A DNA stretch of 12,896 bases, from UHGV virus genome UHGV-0181219; one strand, written 5' to 3'. This document shows positions 1-7,252 of this stretch, piece by piece; positions within the stretch are counted from its first letter, which is position 1, and each line of letters begins with the position of its first letter. This DNA comes from a virus. The position numbers and the translations under genes were made by a program. The notes beneath the pieces are model-generated. The model had not been told where the DNA came from. It was given only the letters and a program-made list of their open reading frames with translations, and did no database searches.

Positions 1-94
1 ATCCAAACTCAATATCCAGTGCATCAAAAAGCCAAAGCGGCGTTTGCCAGCAGTCTCTAACTTCTTTTGGTGTTTCTGATTTATGCTTAATCAT
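1..94 (-). CDS. Phage DNA N6-adenine methyltransferase-like protein, N-terminal fragment (gene continues past the window start)
   Basis: Minus-strand ATG at 92-94 overlaps the TGA stop of the HNH gene (ATGA). Translation MIKHKSETPKEVRDCWQTPLWLFDALDIEFG carries a W-x-TP-x-WLF motif that I recall from phage Dam-type methyltransferases. Only 31 codons are visible, so the call is tentative. Confidence 0.4.
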   Translation of the reverse strand, partial: MIKHKSETPKEVRDCWQTPLWLFDALDIEFG

Positions 95-618
95 ACAACC
101 TTCGCATATTGTCCGTGATATTTGTTGATAGCCTCACTGGCAACCAAACAAGCAAGTTCAAGATCTTCATAGAGCCCAAAATACAACCGGCCAAAATCTG
201 TGCGCACTTGAACGGCCCATTTATTTTTTTGCTTGTTCCATAAAACATTTTTTATTCCAGAACGGCTATTGCACTTAGTTTTCTGATTTCGGCTGTTTGC
301 TATCCGGCTTGCCTCCCTAAGATTTTTTGGGGAATTGTCCAGCCTGTTTCCGTTAATATGGTCAATATTTTTCAATGGCATTCTTTTGTTGTGCAGCGCA
401 AAAACAACTACGTGAACAAACATCTGAATGCCTGCAAAACACACCTGTCTATACCCAGATCCATTTATCGATGTTTTAATTTCATCTCCTGCCCGGTGGC
501 TGTGGTTGGGGTGTTTTAGCGAGTCCTTTTTGTATCTGACTGTATCTCCGTCTAAATACAGATAATCCTCAATAAGCCGATACCTATCTGACGCCGGCGT
601 ATTTGATTTGATAGTCAT
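91..618 (-). CDS. HNH homing endonuclease with a C-terminal AP2-type DNA-binding domain
   Basis: Track ORF 91..678 trimmed to the ATG at 616-618, which overlaps the ninB stop (ATGA). Product MTIKSN...YRLIEDYLYLDGDTVRYKK...IDHINGNRLDNSPKNLREASRIANSRN...NKWAVQVRTDFGRLYFGLYEDLELA shows the HNH_3 pattern (H-x-N-G-N...N-L) followed by an AP2-like segment. Confidence 0.8.
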   Translation of the reverse strand: MTIKSNTPASDRYRLIEDYLYLDGDTVRYKKDSLKHPNHSHRAGDEIKTSINGSGYRQVCFAGIQMFVHVVVFALHNKRMPLKNIDHINGNRLDNSPKNLREASRIANSRNQKTKCNSRSGIKNVLWNKQKNKWAVQVRTDFGRLYFGLYEDLELACLVASEAINKYHGQYAKVV

Positions 619-1055
619 GCAGCCCGATCTCCCCATCGCGCTTTCCATTCGAGAGCCAGTCGCGCTTCGTCTGACCACTTAACGCCACGCTCTGTACCGA
701 ATGCCTGTATAAGCTCTAATAGCTCCGCAAATTCGCTTACACGCATCCTGCTGGTTGACTGGCCTATTACCACAAAGCCATTCCCGGCAAGGTTAGGAAC
801 AACATCCTGCTGCTTTAATGCTGCGGTAAACACACACTTCCAGCTTTCTGCATCCAGCCAGCGACCATGCCATTCAACCTGACGAGAGACGTCACCTAAG
901 CAGGCCCATAGCTTCCTGTTTTGGTCTAAGCTGCGGTTGCGTTCCTGAATGGTTACTACGATTGGTTTGGTTGGGTCTGGAAGGATTTGCTGTACTGCGT
1001 GAATAGCGTTTTGCTGATGTGCTGGAGATCGAATTTCAAAGGTTAGTTTTTTCAT
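615..1055 (-). CDS. ninB: NinB (Orf-family recombination mediator)
   Basis: 146-aa product MKKLTFEIRSPAHQQNAIHAVQQILPDPTKPIVVTIQERNRSLDQNRKLWACLGDV... is near-identical over its length to lambda NinB as I recall it. Confidence 0.9.
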   Translation of the reverse strand: MKKLTFEIRSPAHQQNAIHAVQQILPDPTKPIVVTIQERNRSLDQNRKLWACLGDVSRQVEWHGRWLDAESWKCVFTAALKQQDVVPNLAGNGFVVIGQSTSRMRVSEFAELLELIQAFGTERGVKWSDEARLALEWKARWGDRAA

Positions 1056-1248
1056 GACTTCCCTCTCTAACAGATTTCAGGTTATTCCACTCCGTTACCG
1101 CACTGCGATAATTCGCGGCCGCCACAACAGCGTGGTTAGCGCAGTAGATTTGGCACCCGTTCTCCATGTCGAATATTGTCGGTGATTTTCCGCACTTACA
1201 TTTTTTGGCACGCGGTGCGTCTGAACACATTCCGTTAACGGTGTCCAT
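1036..1248 (-). CDS. Small Cys-rich hypothetical protein (possible zinc ribbon)
   Basis: 70-aa ORF with a strong SD (AGGGGGA) 5 nt upstream of the ATG on the minus strand. Cys pattern C-x9-CKCG...C-x3-C. Its 3' end overlaps the ninB start by 20 nt. Confidence 0.5.
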   Translation of the reverse strand: MDTVNGMCSDAPRAKKCKCGKSPTIFDMENGCQIYCANHAVVAAANYRSAVTEWNNLKSVREGSHEKTNL

Positions 1249-1274
1249 CAGGATCCCCCTCGTTCTTAATCCAA

Positions 1275-1302
1275 TAAAAAAGGGCTACTGTGTAAATAGC
1301 CC
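1275..1302 (-). terminator. Rho-independent terminator between ren and the nin genes (tR2-like)
   Basis: Stem GGGCTA/TAGCCC (1282-1287 and 1297-1302) with a 9-nt loop. The plus-strand A-run at 1275-1281 is a U-run after the hairpin on the minus-strand transcript. Confidence 0.5.
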
Positions 1303-1329
1303 CTGTTATTAGCTCAGTGATGTAGATGG

Positions 1330-1620
1330 TCATTGCCTTACCTCCATAAGCGCCCTATTAATAAACGCCGTCATTGGATTTGCACATCCCCACCCCGTAC
1401 CATCTGGATTTCTTTTAATTGGCTCCTTCTTCACTTTGCGTTTTGCATAAATAACCGTCTTCCACTTACGCTCAACAACACTCAAATGCCCTTGTTTCAC
1501 CATATGCCTTGCTGCTTGAGCGATTCTGTTATTTGGTATTCCGGTAATCAGTGCTAATTCATGTGGGGAGAATTGTTCATGAGTTTTCAGATATTCCAGG
1601 ATGATTTCTTTTCCAGTCAC
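1330..1620 (-). CDS. ren: Ren-like protein (winged-helix)
   Basis: 96-aa product MTGKEIILEYLKTHEQFSPHELALITGIPNNRIAQAARHM... matches the N-terminus and overall pattern of lambda Ren as recalled. Lies immediately after the DnaC-like gene with an ATGA overlap. Confidence 0.55.
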   Translation of the reverse strand: MTGKEIILEYLKTHEQFSPHELALITGIPNNRIAQAARHMVKQGHLSVVERKWKTVIYAKRKVKKEPIKRNPDGTGWGCANPMTAFINRALMEVRQ

Positions 1621-2462
1621 GATCTGCTCCTGTAACTATCCCATGTAAACGCAAGGGTGCATCCGCCGCCATCATTCATCCTGTCAATAACACGCTCACC
1701 AATGAATGCAGACAGTTCATCTTTGCTCTGGTTGCTAATCAGGATTGTTGGCTTCATGCGCTCGTAGCGGGTGTTGATGATTTCGAACATGATCATCTTT
1801 TCCGCCTCGCTTCCAAACTGCACACCAACCTCATCGATAATTAGCAGGTCAGGTTTAGTGAACTGTCGGATCACTTCATCCTCTGTGCGGGTGGAGTTTT
1901 TCGACCATGTTGATTTATATTCTCTGGCAATTTTCAGCGCCGTTGTGAAAATAGCTGAGCTTTGATGTTCCGTAATTGCGTGCCGGGCGATAGCCAGTGC
2001 AAGATGATTCTTTCCAGTACCAGGCTTTCCACACATAACCAGCCCACCGCCTTTCTGTAACCTCTCAGGCCATTTGCTGGCGTATGCCTGACACACTCTG
2101 AGCACTCTCTTTGCATCGTCGTTGACTGGCTCGTAGTTCTGTAGTGTGCAACCCTTGAATCGTTCAGGAATATCAAGATTATTCAACAGAAACTCGACAT
2201 TGCGCTTACGTGATTCCTCGTCGATTTTAATCTTCTCTGCCTGTAGCCGAATAAGCTCATCTCTCATGCATTCCGGGCATTCGCTAGGTCTTGAGGCAAA
2301 CTTAATTGGCCCAGTCGAGTAACGGTTACGCTGCTCAAACTCACCATGTTTTTCACAGATGCCAGTGCCAATTTCTACAGCTGTATGCTCGATAGCAATT
2401 GGCGGAGAACTCAATTCTGCAAGTTTTTTCTCCAGTTGGGAGATCTTTTCATCCAGCGTCAT
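1617..2462 (-). CDS. DnaC-like helicase loader (AAA+ ATPase)
   Basis: Walker A GKPGTGKNHLALAIA and Walker B LLIIDEVG are present, with an N-terminal Cys-rich region (CEKHG...CPEC) typical of DnaC/IstB-type phage replication proteins. Start moved to the ATG at 2460-2462 (MTLDEKISQ...), 2 nt after the O-like stop. Confidence 0.85.
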   Translation of the reverse strand: MTLDEKISQLEKKLAELSSPPIAIEHTAVEIGTGICEKHGEFEQRNRYSTGPIKFASRPSECPECMRDELIRLQAEKIKIDEESRKRNVEFLLNNLDIPERFKGCTLQNYEPVNDDAKRVLRVCQAYASKWPERLQKGGGLVMCGKPGTGKNHLALAIARHAITEHQSSAIFTTALKIAREYKSTWSKNSTRTEDEVIRQFTKPDLLIIDEVGVQFGSEAEKMIMFEIINTRYERMKPTILISNQSKDELSAFIGERVIDRMNDGGGCTLAFTWDSYRSRS

Positions 2463-2464
2463 GT

Positions 2465-3352
2465 TCACTCCTGCGCCCATGAAGGCATTTCAGTTTGTCC
2501 GTAATCTTTGGTGGCAAAGTTTTCAGCCTTAAGTCCATTAGCAACCTTGCGTACCGGTCTGGATAACGCCTGCTTGTTCTGGTAGCTGAGTTTCTGGCTG
2601 GCAGTGATAAACCAGTTCTTTGGCTTCTCATGGCTAAATTCGATATCCAGCCTTTCCAGTTCGTAATTCAGGTCAATGTTCGGATACAGGCGCTTCCATG
2701 CTTCGTAGTCCTTGTGGTTTAACCGAACGATATTTCCTTCGAATGCATAGCGACTTGAAATTTTATGGACATCAGCCCCACCCCCTTCACAAGTCGCGTC
2801 AGCGGCTTGGGTGTTAGAAAGGGAATCAGGAATCAGGTTAAGGGAATCAGGAATCAGGTTAAGGGAATCAGCAGGATTTAAACTGTTCTCTACTGGTTCT
2901 TGCACTGTACTTGCATGGTGCTTTTCTGGTTCTTCATTGTTTTCAATGATTTGTAGTGATTCGGCATTCTCCTTCTCTTCCTCTTTATCGTCCTTGCACT
3001 GTACTTGCATGGTGCTGTTATTGTTCTCTACTGGTTCTGGTATCTCACTGGCTGCTTCTTTGCAGTGAGGGTTCTGGTGCTTTTTCCAGTTATTGATTTG
3101 GATATATGAGCCGCCATTTACCTGATATCGGTTGATGAATTTGTGACTGTGAAGCTGCTGAAGCAGATCATTGCAGTCCACATCATCGAAAGGCAGTACC
3201 ATTGCTTTAATTTTCTTTGGGCGATCATCCAACCGCCCTTCTTTGTCAGCAATAGTCCATAACCCGGCAAAAAGGAGACGGGCATATGGAGAACACTCAG
3301 CTAATTCATCATTGGTGAAAAAGCCTGGTTTGATATTTCTTGAACGTGCCAT
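2465..3352 (-). CDS. Replication initiator / replisome organiser (O-like), with a C-terminal region resembling a DnaT-like domain
   Basis: Start set at the ATG at 3350-3352 (MARSRNIKPGFFTNDELAECSPYARLLFAGLW...), preceded by AAGGTGG. The acidic repeat-containing linker (DSLNLIPDSLNLIPDSL) is encoded by the iterons. The C-terminus (...ELERLDIEFSHEKPKNW...ASQKLSYQNK) loosely resembles the DnaT C-terminus from memory. Confidence 0.75.
   Translation of the reverse strand: MARSRNIKPGFFTNDELAECSPYARLLFAGLWTIADKEGRLDDRPKKIKAMVLPFDDVDCNDLLQQLHSHKFINRYQVNGGSYIQINNWKKHQNPHCKEAASEIPEPVENNNSTMQVQCKDDKEEEKENAESLQIIENNEEPEKHHASTVQEPVENSLNPADSLNLIPDSLNLIPDSLSNTQAADATCEGGGADVHKISSRYAFEGNIVRLNHKDYEAWKRLYPNIDLNYELERLDIEFSHEKPKNWFITASQKLSYQNKQALSRPVRKVANGLKAENFATKDYGQTEMPSWAQE
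2821..3037. repeat. Iteron-type direct repeats inside the O-like gene; putative phage replication origin
   Basis: GGGAATCAGGAATCAGGTTAA occurs in tandem at 2821-2841 and 2842-2862, with a partial third copy from 2863. CTTGCACTGTACTTGCATGGTGCT occurs at 2899-2922 and 2993-3016. TGTTCTCTACTGGTTC occurs at 2884-2899 and 3022-3037. Confidence 0.6.
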
Positions 3353-3363
3353 TTTGTCCACCT

Positions 3364-4164
3364 TTAGTACGGGAGTTCTTCCTGAGCTTCACGAATGCGT
3401 TCAGATACCCACTCCTTGAACGTTGTCCAGTTAGGTACTGTTTTCGCAAACTCAGTAAGTTCATCGAGATCTAAGTCGTATGAAAGCCATGCCTTGAGAT
3501 AACTCATTACATGGTTTTGATTGATATATATGCGGTTTTTAAGGATTCCTCTGATGTATAGAATCCTTTGTTCTTTTGGCGGTTTTCTTTTTGTCGCTGC
3601 TATGCGAGGGATGTACTCAAAGAATTCACCAGTAAGCTCATGGGTTATTTCTTGGGTGAGTTTTTTGTCTGCAGCAATCTCAATCGCATCGAGTATTTCT
3701 TCAAGCTTATATATTCGAAGCCATCTCTTGATAGATTTTCGCCCATTGTCATTAACAGTAAATGGCGCAATGCAGTCGTCAATTTTGGTAGCGACAATAT
3801 CAACAACATCGTCTTTCAGGCTCTTAAGACCATCTCGCCACTTGATCATCATCTCCAGTTGCTCTCGCTTGGTATTAAGTTCCTGGAGTTGCTGCCTTTG
3901 CTTTTCCATTATTGAATTATCGCTGAGCAGTTTGTCTCTTTTCCCGCCATTACAACTATCGCAAGAAGTAATAAGGTTCATCATGTCGTTATCGCCACCC
4001 TTGCTAACTGGGTTGATATGGTCGACATGAAGGATGACGTCTGGCGCAGAACTCCCACAGTACTGGCATTTGAAGCCATCGCGCTTGAAAACCTCAAACC
4101 GTATTTTCTTGGTAATGCCGGAACGAATCTTTTTTACCTGGTCTGGTGTAGGTTTTTTTGCCAT
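3364..4164 (-). CDS. HNH endonuclease-domain protein with a C-terminal domain of unknown function
   Basis: Start set at the ATG at 4162-4164 (MAKKPTP...), which has GGAG 6 nt upstream. N-terminus has HNH signatures (CQYCGSS...HVDHINPVSKGG...NLITSCDSCN), then a coiled-coil-like stretch and about 150 aa that I do not recognise. Confidence 0.75.
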   Translation of the reverse strand: MAKKPTPDQVKKIRSGITKKIRFEVFKRDGFKCQYCGSSAPDVILHVDHINPVSKGGDNDMMNLITSCDSCNGGKRDKLLSDNSIMEKQRQQLQELNTKREQLEMMIKWRDGLKSLKDDVVDIVATKIDDCIAPFTVNDNGRKSIKRWLRIYKLEEILDAIEIAADKKLTQEITHELTGEFFEYIPRIAATKRKPPKEQRILYIRGILKNRIYINQNHVMSYLKAWLSYDLDLDELTEFAKTVPNWTTFKEWVSERIREAQEELPY

Positions 4165-4185
4165 AATTAACTCCATAGAAAGCAG

Positions 4186-4485
4186 TTAAAAATCCATCTG
4201 GATTTGTTCAGAACGCTCGGTCTTGCACACCGGGCGTTTTTTATTGGTGATTTCATCAAGCGCATACTTAAAAGCCCTGCTAATCGGACTGATGTCTGAT
4301 GCCATTCCGAAAGCACACAAGACCGAAGCAATAAATCTCCAGTCCGTTCTGCTTATCTTCGATTCATGACAGCCAATCATCTTTGCCAGACCGCGCTGTG
4401 TAAGCGTTGACAGGTTGATGAGTAAATCAGTTTCAGCGCGATCAATTTCTCGCTGTGTTGGCTTGCTGTAACTTGCTTGTGTCAT
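4186..4485 (-). CDS. cII: cII-type transcriptional activator
   Basis: C-terminus ...EITNKKRPVCKTERSEQIQMDF closely matches lambda CII (...ILTNKKRPAATERSEQIQMEF). An HTH region (TQRGLAKMIGCHESKISR) precedes it, and the position after cro and nutR fits. Confidence 0.85.
   Translation of the reverse strand: MTQASYSKPTQREIDRAETDLLINLSTLTQRGLAKMIGCHESKISRTDWRFIASVLCAFGMASDISPISRAFKYALDEITNKKRPVCKTERSEQIQMDF
4214..4242 (+). terminator. Plus-strand rho-independent terminator antisense to the 3' end of cII (OOP-like)
   Basis: 8-bp stem CGCTCGGT/ACCGGGCG (4214-4221 and 4229-4236, one G-U pair), 7-nt loop, then TTTTTT at 4237-4242. It sits inside the cII coding region on the opposite strand. Confidence 0.5.
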
Positions 4486-4568
4486 TTGTTAATTTTCCAA
4501 TAGTGAATAGTTAGTTGAAAGGTATGCGTGGAAACGCATATGACCTTAGTTGGTCAGATATATTGGGA

Positions 4569-4583
4569 CTCGCTTTGTCAGCG
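4569..4583 (-). promoter_or_regulatory. nutR boxB-like hairpin (GACAA pentaloop)
   Basis: The minus-strand RNA reads UCGCU-GACAA-AGCGA, a 5-bp stem with the same GACAA loop as the nutL hairpin at 7562-7576. It lies between cro and cII. A boxA-like CGCTATTTT occurs about 23 nt upstream on the transcript (4607-4615 region). Confidence 0.5.
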
Positions 4584-4622
4584 ACGTAGGACGAATGTCC
4601 ATTGTGAAAATAGCGGTGTTAT

Positions 4623-4850
4623 TTATGCAGCCAGAAGGTTCTTTTTGCTTATTTCAAGCATTTCGCTTGCTTGATATTTGCCACCAGAAATCTCTTCGAT
4701 TTTTGATGCGTATTTCGTTTTCCCAAAAAACTCAGTCTTAGGGAGGAAGCCGTTTTTGAGCCACTTATAGACAGCCCTTTCGCTAACTCCACAAGCCTTC
4801 GCAACTTCAGGGATGCCGACACCTTTAATCGGCTCATCAAGATTTTGCAT
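4623..4850 (-). CDS. cro: Cro-like HTH repressor
   Basis: Divergent from cI across an operator-rich spacer. The product has an HTH (GIPEVAKACGVSERAVYKWLKNG). Start set at the internal ATG (MQNLDEP...) so that a 78-bp divergent promoter region remains; the longer start at 4883 is possible. Confidence 0.6.
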   Translation of the reverse strand: MQNLDEPIKGVGIPEVAKACGVSERAVYKWLKNGFLPKTEFFGKTKYASKIEEISGGKYQASEMLEISKKNLLAA

Positions 4851-4865
4851 AGGGATATCCTTTTT

Positions 4866-4927
4866 CGTACTTTCAGTACGCATTATGATTGAACTGAAAG
4901 TTTTTGCAAGTGCTTTAGTATCGTACT
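4866..4927. promoter_or_regulatory. OR-like operator cluster with divergent PR/PRM region
   Basis: Near-palindrome CGTACTTTCAGTACG at 4866-4880. Its core ACTTTCAGT (4870-4878) recurs inverted as ACTGAAAGT at 4893-4901. A third palindrome AGTATCGTACT lies at 4917-4927. Centres are about 23-25 bp apart. Confidence 0.4.
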
Positions 4928-4928
4928 C

Positions 4929-5636
4929 ATGGTTCAGAATGAAAAAGTGCGCAAAGAATTCGCCCAGCGGCTAGCGCAAGCCTGTAAAGAAGCTGGTCTT
5001 GATGAACATGGTAGGGGAATGGCTATAGCCCGTGCCCTTTCTCTTTCGTCCAAAGGCGTTAGCAAATGGTTTAATGCTGAGTCTTTACCGCGTCAGGAAA
5101 AAATGAATGCGCTTGCGAAATTTCTAAACGTTGATGTTGTTTGGCTTCAGCACGGCACTTCGTTAAATGGAGCGAATGATGAAGATACTCTTTCATTTGT
5201 TGGCAAATTAAAAAAAGGGTTAGTGCGCGTGGTTGGTGAGGCAATTCTTGGTGTTGATGGTGCCATCGAGATGACCGAAGAGCGCGATGGGTGGCTCAAG
5301 ATTTATAGCGATGATCCAGATGCCTTTGGTCTTCGTGTGAAAGGAGACAGCATGTGGCCCAGAATAAAATCAGGAGAATATGTACTCATTGAGCCTAACA
5401 CCAAAGTATTCCCGGGTGATGAGGTGTTTGTCAGAACCGTTGAAGGACACAACATGATTAAGGTTCTTGGCTATGACAGAGATGGAGAATACCAATTTAC
5501 AAGCATTAACCAGGACCACAGGCCTATAACGTTGCCTTATCATCAAGTAGCAAAGGTGGAGTATGTGGCTGGTATTCTGAAGCAATCTCGCCATCTGGAT
5601 GACATCGAGGCAAGGGAGTGGCTGAAAAATTCGTGA
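4929..5636 (+). CDS. cI: cI-type prophage repressor (HTH plus LexA-like S24 autopeptidase)
   Basis: N-terminal HTH region and a C-terminal S24 signature (GDSMWPRIKSGEYVLIEP ... MIKVL). No SD precedes the ATG, consistent with a leaderless PRM transcript as in lambda cI. Confidence 0.85.
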   Translation: MVQNEKVRKEFAQRLAQACKEAGLDEHGRGMAIARALSLSSKGVSKWFNAESLPRQEKMNALAKFLNVDVVWLQHGTSLNGANDEDTLSFVGKLKKGLVRVVGEAILGVDGAIEMTEERDGWLKIYSDDPDAFGLRVKGDSMWPRIKSGEYVLIEPNTKVFPGDEVFVRTVEGHNMIKVLGYDRDGEYQFTSINQDHRPITLPYHQVAKVEYVAGILKQSRHLDDIEAREWLKNS

Positions 5637-5836
5637 CTTCATCGTCACATAGCTGGTAGCCAGTGGCCAGAAGAGACGTTTGGCTGATCGGCAAGGTGTT
5701 CTGGTCGGCGCATAGCTGGTGAAAAAATTATTTAATGCGGTGTATTGGCTGATTGTAACCCCATGTAACATCTTGCCGTCACCATTTCGGTGGTTAGATT
5801 TTTAATAAAAAAAACAAATGTATAGCAAGGTTTTTT

Positions 5837-6316
5837 ATGGATAAAATTAATTACCCACCCCTGTTTGAGCCAGGGTTCCATGACATGGATGAAGCTGGAT
5901 TAAAATCGTATTGTGTCGATTGCTTTCCTTCATCATCCAGGCGAGGCATGCTATACTGTAATTTTATACAGCTACTCGAATCTATTCGAGAATTATCTGC
6001 TCAATATGGCTGTTTTACAGAAATATGGGTTGATGGTTCATACACCACGTCTAAACCAGAGCCTGATGATATTGATATTTTGTTGGTATGTGACTATAGC
6101 AATATAAACTCAATACCTGTCATGCTTCGGGGCCGCGTCGATAATTTGCTTGACCGAAACTACATCAAACAAAACTACAAAATTGATGTCCTACTACTCA
6201 TGAAGAATTTAGATGACCCTAACTATGATTATGAGTACTGGCGTAGCTACTGGCGCGGTTGGTTTGGTTTTGATCGCAGTGAAAACCCGAAAGGGTTAGT
6301 GAGGATTTTTTTATGA
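5837..6316 (+). CDS. Minimal nucleotidyltransferase (pol-beta-fold, MNT/SMODS-like), first gene of the candidate defence cassette
   Basis: 159-aa product with the pol-beta NTase signature: helix RELSAQYG, then G67-S68, D78-I-D80 (DIDILLV) and D117 (KIDVLLL). Its stop overlaps the next start (ATGA at 6313-6316). Confidence 0.7.
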   Translation: MDKINYPPLFEPGFHDMDEAGLKSYCVDCFPSSSRRGMLYCNFIQLLESIRELSAQYGCFTEIWVDGSYTTSKPEPDDIDILLVCDYSNINSIPVMLRGRVDNLLDRNYIKQNYKIDVLLLMKNLDDPNYDYEYWRSYWRGWFGFDRSENPKGLVRIFL

Positions 6317-7245
6317 ATGATAAATCAATGTTTAAAAATTGCGATAAACGCATTGATTTCATTCAAAAAGAAGTCGATGCAATGAAGCAAAACAAAACCA
6401 GGTCCTTTGCTGACATGCTTCTTTATCGCTCCATGGATTCTCATCTGAGCGATTTGAAGGCCGAAAAATTAAAGCAAGATAGTCGGCACCCACTTATCGA
6501 TTTTTTTGAGCTGCGGCTGAAAGGCTCTGAGGTTGACTTTGGCTCTATTCCTTTAGAGCTGCTTGGGGCTATTTCAACAAATCTTGCAGCGCTAATACAA
6601 AGAGCAACACACAAAATTGCCTCAGGCAAGGACTCAAAAAAAGTTCCCTACGACGTGAAAAGCTCCTTAAACCTCAGGCTGGCTGATTTATCCCCTGGGT
6701 CTACAAAATTGGGCGTCACCTTCTCTACAGGAATAGCAGAATTAGTAGAAACAGTACCCAGCAAGGCTGTAAAAGGCATATTCGATTTGTTGTTAAGCGA
6801 TGACGACAACAACTTCATGAATCACGTCGCTGAAATTGGATACAATTCCACTGTAAGCCTTAAGAGAATCGTAGAGGAATGCGATAAACACAACTTAACA
6901 TTTGATGCAAGTTGGACCGGTCCATTTAGTAATGGCACCAAGGTGGCAACTATTGACTCCAATAAAATTAAGTACTTGGTGAGTAGACTTACATCAACCA
7001 TTTCATCCCCTCCCATTACTGAAACGGTTACAGGCGAACTGGTCGTTCTATCCAAATATGGGAAGCTGGAGCTTGATGTTGGTGGTGAACATTTAAAGGC
7101 TTCCTATCCGATTGAAATGCTAGATTTAATACAAAAAAAACACAAGGTCGGACAGATTGTTTCTCTTTTAGTGGAGACTACTGAGATTCACAATGATCGC
7201 ATAGGTCTGTACCGTAAAAACCATCTTGTTAAATCGGTTCTTTAA
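6313..7245 (+). CDS. Hypothetical 310-aa protein, partner of the nucleotidyltransferase
   Basis: GAGGA RBS 7 nt upstream, translationally coupled to the NTase gene. I recognise no family; no convincing transmembrane segment. An R39-x4-H44 motif near the N-terminus is noted without weight. Confidence 0.7.
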   Translation: MNDKSMFKNCDKRIDFIQKEVDAMKQNKTRSFADMLLYRSMDSHLSDLKAEKLKQDSRHPLIDFFELRLKGSEVDFGSIPLELLGAISTNLAALIQRATHKIASGKDSKKVPYDVKSSLNLRLADLSPGSTKLGVTFSTGIAELVETVPSKAVKGIFDLLLSDDDNNFMNHVAEIGYNSTVSLKRIVEECDKHNLTFDASWTGPFSNGTKVATIDSNKIKYLVSRLTSTISSPPITETVTGELVVLSKYGKLELDVGGEHLKASYPIEMLDLIQKKHKVGQIVSLLVETTEIHNDRIGLYRKNHLVKSVL

Positions 7246-7252
7246 TATCTCA

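Noticed and set aside
2821-2880. Tandem short repeats that could be mistaken for a CRISPR array
   Set aside because: Only about 2.4 contiguous 21-bp units with no unique spacers, and they lie inside a coding region. The pattern fits replication iterons, not a CRISPR array.
1333-3419. Plus-strand and nested ORFs 1333..1557, 1771..1965, 1934..2176, 2449..2631, 2811..3068, 3171..3419
   Set aside because: All are embedded in or antisense to the well-supported ren, DnaC-like and O-like genes. No RBS or family signal; 2811..3068 is just the iteron region read in another frame.
3521-4030. 169-aa and 115-aa plus-strand ORFs (3521..4030 and 3568..3915)
   Set aside because: Both lie antisense within the HNH-domain gene and have low-complexity hydrophobic or Ser/Leu-rich translations typical of antisense artefacts.
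4523-4538. Palindrome ATGCGTGGAAACGCAT between cro and cII as a possible terminator (tR1)
   Set aside because: A short 6-bp stem with no U-tract on the minus-strand transcript. Lambda tR1 is rho-dependent, so an intrinsic terminator is not expected; the role is left open.
4550-4840. ORFs 4550..4741 (+) and 4649..4840 (-) in the cro region
   Set aside because: They overlap the Cro-like gene and the nutR leader in alternative frames. The Cro-like frame has the HTH and the expected position.
5370-5771. 133-aa minus-strand ORF overlapping the 3' end of cI
   Set aside because: It lies antisense to a well-supported repressor gene, has no convincing RBS and no recognisable product. Likely a chance ORF.
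5913-7055. Nested ORFs 5913..6107 (+), 6441..6629 (-) and 6822..7055 (-) within the cassette
   Set aside because: Alternative-frame or antisense ORFs inside the two coupled cassette genes, with no independent support.
5837-7245. Possibility that the cassette is simply rexA-rexB
   Set aside because: Lambda RexA is about 279 aa and RexB is a roughly 144-aa multi-pass membrane protein, in that order. Here the first gene is a 159-aa nucleotidyltransferase-fold protein and the second a 310-aa protein without obvious membrane helices, and neither sequence resembles Rex as recalled.
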